DNA of 64,000 bases from Candidatus Latescibacterota bacterium (GTDB taxonomy: Bacteria; Latescibacterota; CBDEFO01), in the NCBI GenBank assembly GCA_965237525.1, contig CBDEFO010000003.1:397974-461973 (forward strand), read 5' to 3'. The notes beneath the pieces are model-generated. The model worked only from the letters and a program-made list of their open reading frames with translations. It was not told where the DNA came from and did no database searches. The translations under genes were made by a program, and so were the position numbers. Each line of letters starts with the position of its first letter. Within the stretch, counting starts at the first letter, position 1. This document shows, piece after piece, positions 62,395-64,000 of this stretch.

Positions 62395-63848
62395 CTATTT
62401 AAACGGTTCTCCAAGCGTAATAATTTCAACCTTTGCTGCCTGTCCATCAGGATCAGAAGATTCGCAATCCAATGTAACGGTATTAGAGCCAGCATAAACT
62501 GTCGGAATATCCCCCTGTGTACCATTTTCAGCAGTGGTAAAGCCAGAGGAATTAAAGGCGCGAAATTGCCGGGAACCTGAATACTCAAGATAATCTTCCG
62601 CCTCAAGGGTAAAGGGGAAGGCGATGGTTTGAGAGCCAATGGTGATCTTGGGATTTTTAATTGCACTCGATTTTTCCTTTAATGCCTCAAGTTGGGTGAA
62701 ATAGCATGTGACGCTCTTTTGGGAAGGAATATTTGTAAGAAATACATAGACCCGTCCAGCCTTGCCATAATTAAAATGCCTGATCGACCAGTAATTGCTG
62801 TACGGATAGTGGAAACTATACACCTTGCCTTTCGCCGGTTCAGGAATTACAACATATTTCCAACCTTTAAAATCGAGCTTGACCCACCAGTCCCTTACCG
62901 CCCATCTACTTATATCTTCAACTACAAAATGCAATGGTACACCGCTTCCATCACCGTAAACCCAAGTCCCCATGTCGCGATTTTGAGTAATGTCTAAAAC
63001 CTCATCCATTATTATCTCTACGCATCCCCATCCATCAGGATTATCAGAATTATTTGTAGCAGTCACTTTAATACTCTGATCGCCGATCTTCACCTGCTCG
63101 TCTGACAACGACAGGCCAAACACTGTGCTTTCACTGTTTCTCCCCTGTCCCCTCGGCCCCTGGGGCGAAGTCTCAAGGTTGAATTCCCCTGGCTTGATGA
63201 GAACCTTGTTTTCAGGATCGCCATATTCGGCAAGTCTTGGCATAGATGTAATGGCCACACGCAGAGGTTGATTGTCAAATGTATTTTCGAATACCCACGA
63301 ATTATTATCGCCATCAATCTTATTAATATAAGTTTCTGGTCCATATATGATTTGTCGGGCAACCCTGTTTCCTTCACTATCCTTATCAAGCGTAAACTCT
63401 TTCCCCTTTTCTTTCATCTTTTTTATGGCATTTTCAGAGAAATAATTATCCAACTTGAGGCCTTCCCAATTTTTCATTATCCCGAAGATTTCCTTAGTTC
63501 TGCCATTAGCCTTGAGCGATGCGAAATAGGTCTCAAGGGACATAGCACAATCGTACGCACAGCTTTTGGAATATCCGTATTCAATTCCCCTCGGTTTCGT
63601 CGCATCCCGATCATTTTGTTTGCCAAAAAACCCAAACCAGCCAAACTCATATGGCTGCAGGTTTATAGCGTTCGACTTGGAATGATCTATCGACACGATA
63701 CCAAAATGTTCAATTATGCCCCTGGTGACAAAATCAGTGGTGTTCCCCCTTGAGAAAATGTGCCATGACCAATTACTGATCGGTCCGTGGGTCCAAAGCA
63801 TCTCCCGCTTCGTATAATTGTATAATTTACTCACTGACAGGTTATTAA
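62395..63848 (-). pseudogene. 3' portion of a large hypothetical gene whose 5' part is cut by IS copy 5
   Basis: 479-aa ORF with no RBS, frame open back to the IS junction; WVYGDGSG...LDFKGWKY resembles a carbohydrate-binding module. Confidence 0.55.
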
Positions 63849-64000
63849 AAGCCTTGTGAAATAGTTATGTCCCAGGCAGCGTCTGAAGCGCCGATTATGG
63901 GTCAAAGAGTAGCATATCGTATCGTTTTGCTGTGGAATAAGCAAAATAGTCTTATCAGAGTTCTGGTCAGCAAGGAACAGGAGCTGTTTGAAGAACAGGA
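63849..64000 (-). mobile_element. IS1182-family element copy 5 (partial, runs off the window)
   Basis: Identical end sequence AAGCCTTGTGAAATAG...; left flank TTAA. Confidence 0.9.

Overview
Bacterial chromosomal window, probably from an uncultured anaerobe (lineage not determinable from this sequence). Housekeeping blocks (cysS, ispDF, a 2-oxoacid:acceptor oxidoreductase operon, bioF, GH57 branching enzyme, hprK-hpf, holA, purM, aminotransferase, rlpA, pyrDK) alternate with accessory patches and many mobile elements: five co-oriented IS1182-family copies, an IS481-like element with a 19-bp flanking direct repeat, and ISL3 and IS1595 remnants. No rRNA, tRNA or CRISPR array was seen. The most striking unexplained signals are three. 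(1) A 21-23-bp hairpin element (YCCCCRAT-TGANTCT-ATYGGGGR) occurs in 10 copies with compensatory changes; it sits in frame inside an intact ABC transporter gene, four times in one dead transposase, and nested inside other repeats. (2) Integron attC sites and toxin-antitoxin cassettes occur with no integrase in the window, and a diverged duplicate of a housekeeping gene's 5' end starts exactly at the attC crossover points. (3) A small cyclase-like gene is broken by two highly structured inserts. Many single-base homopolymer frameshifts suggest residual long-read error. All family assignments come from motif recognition by eye, not database searches.
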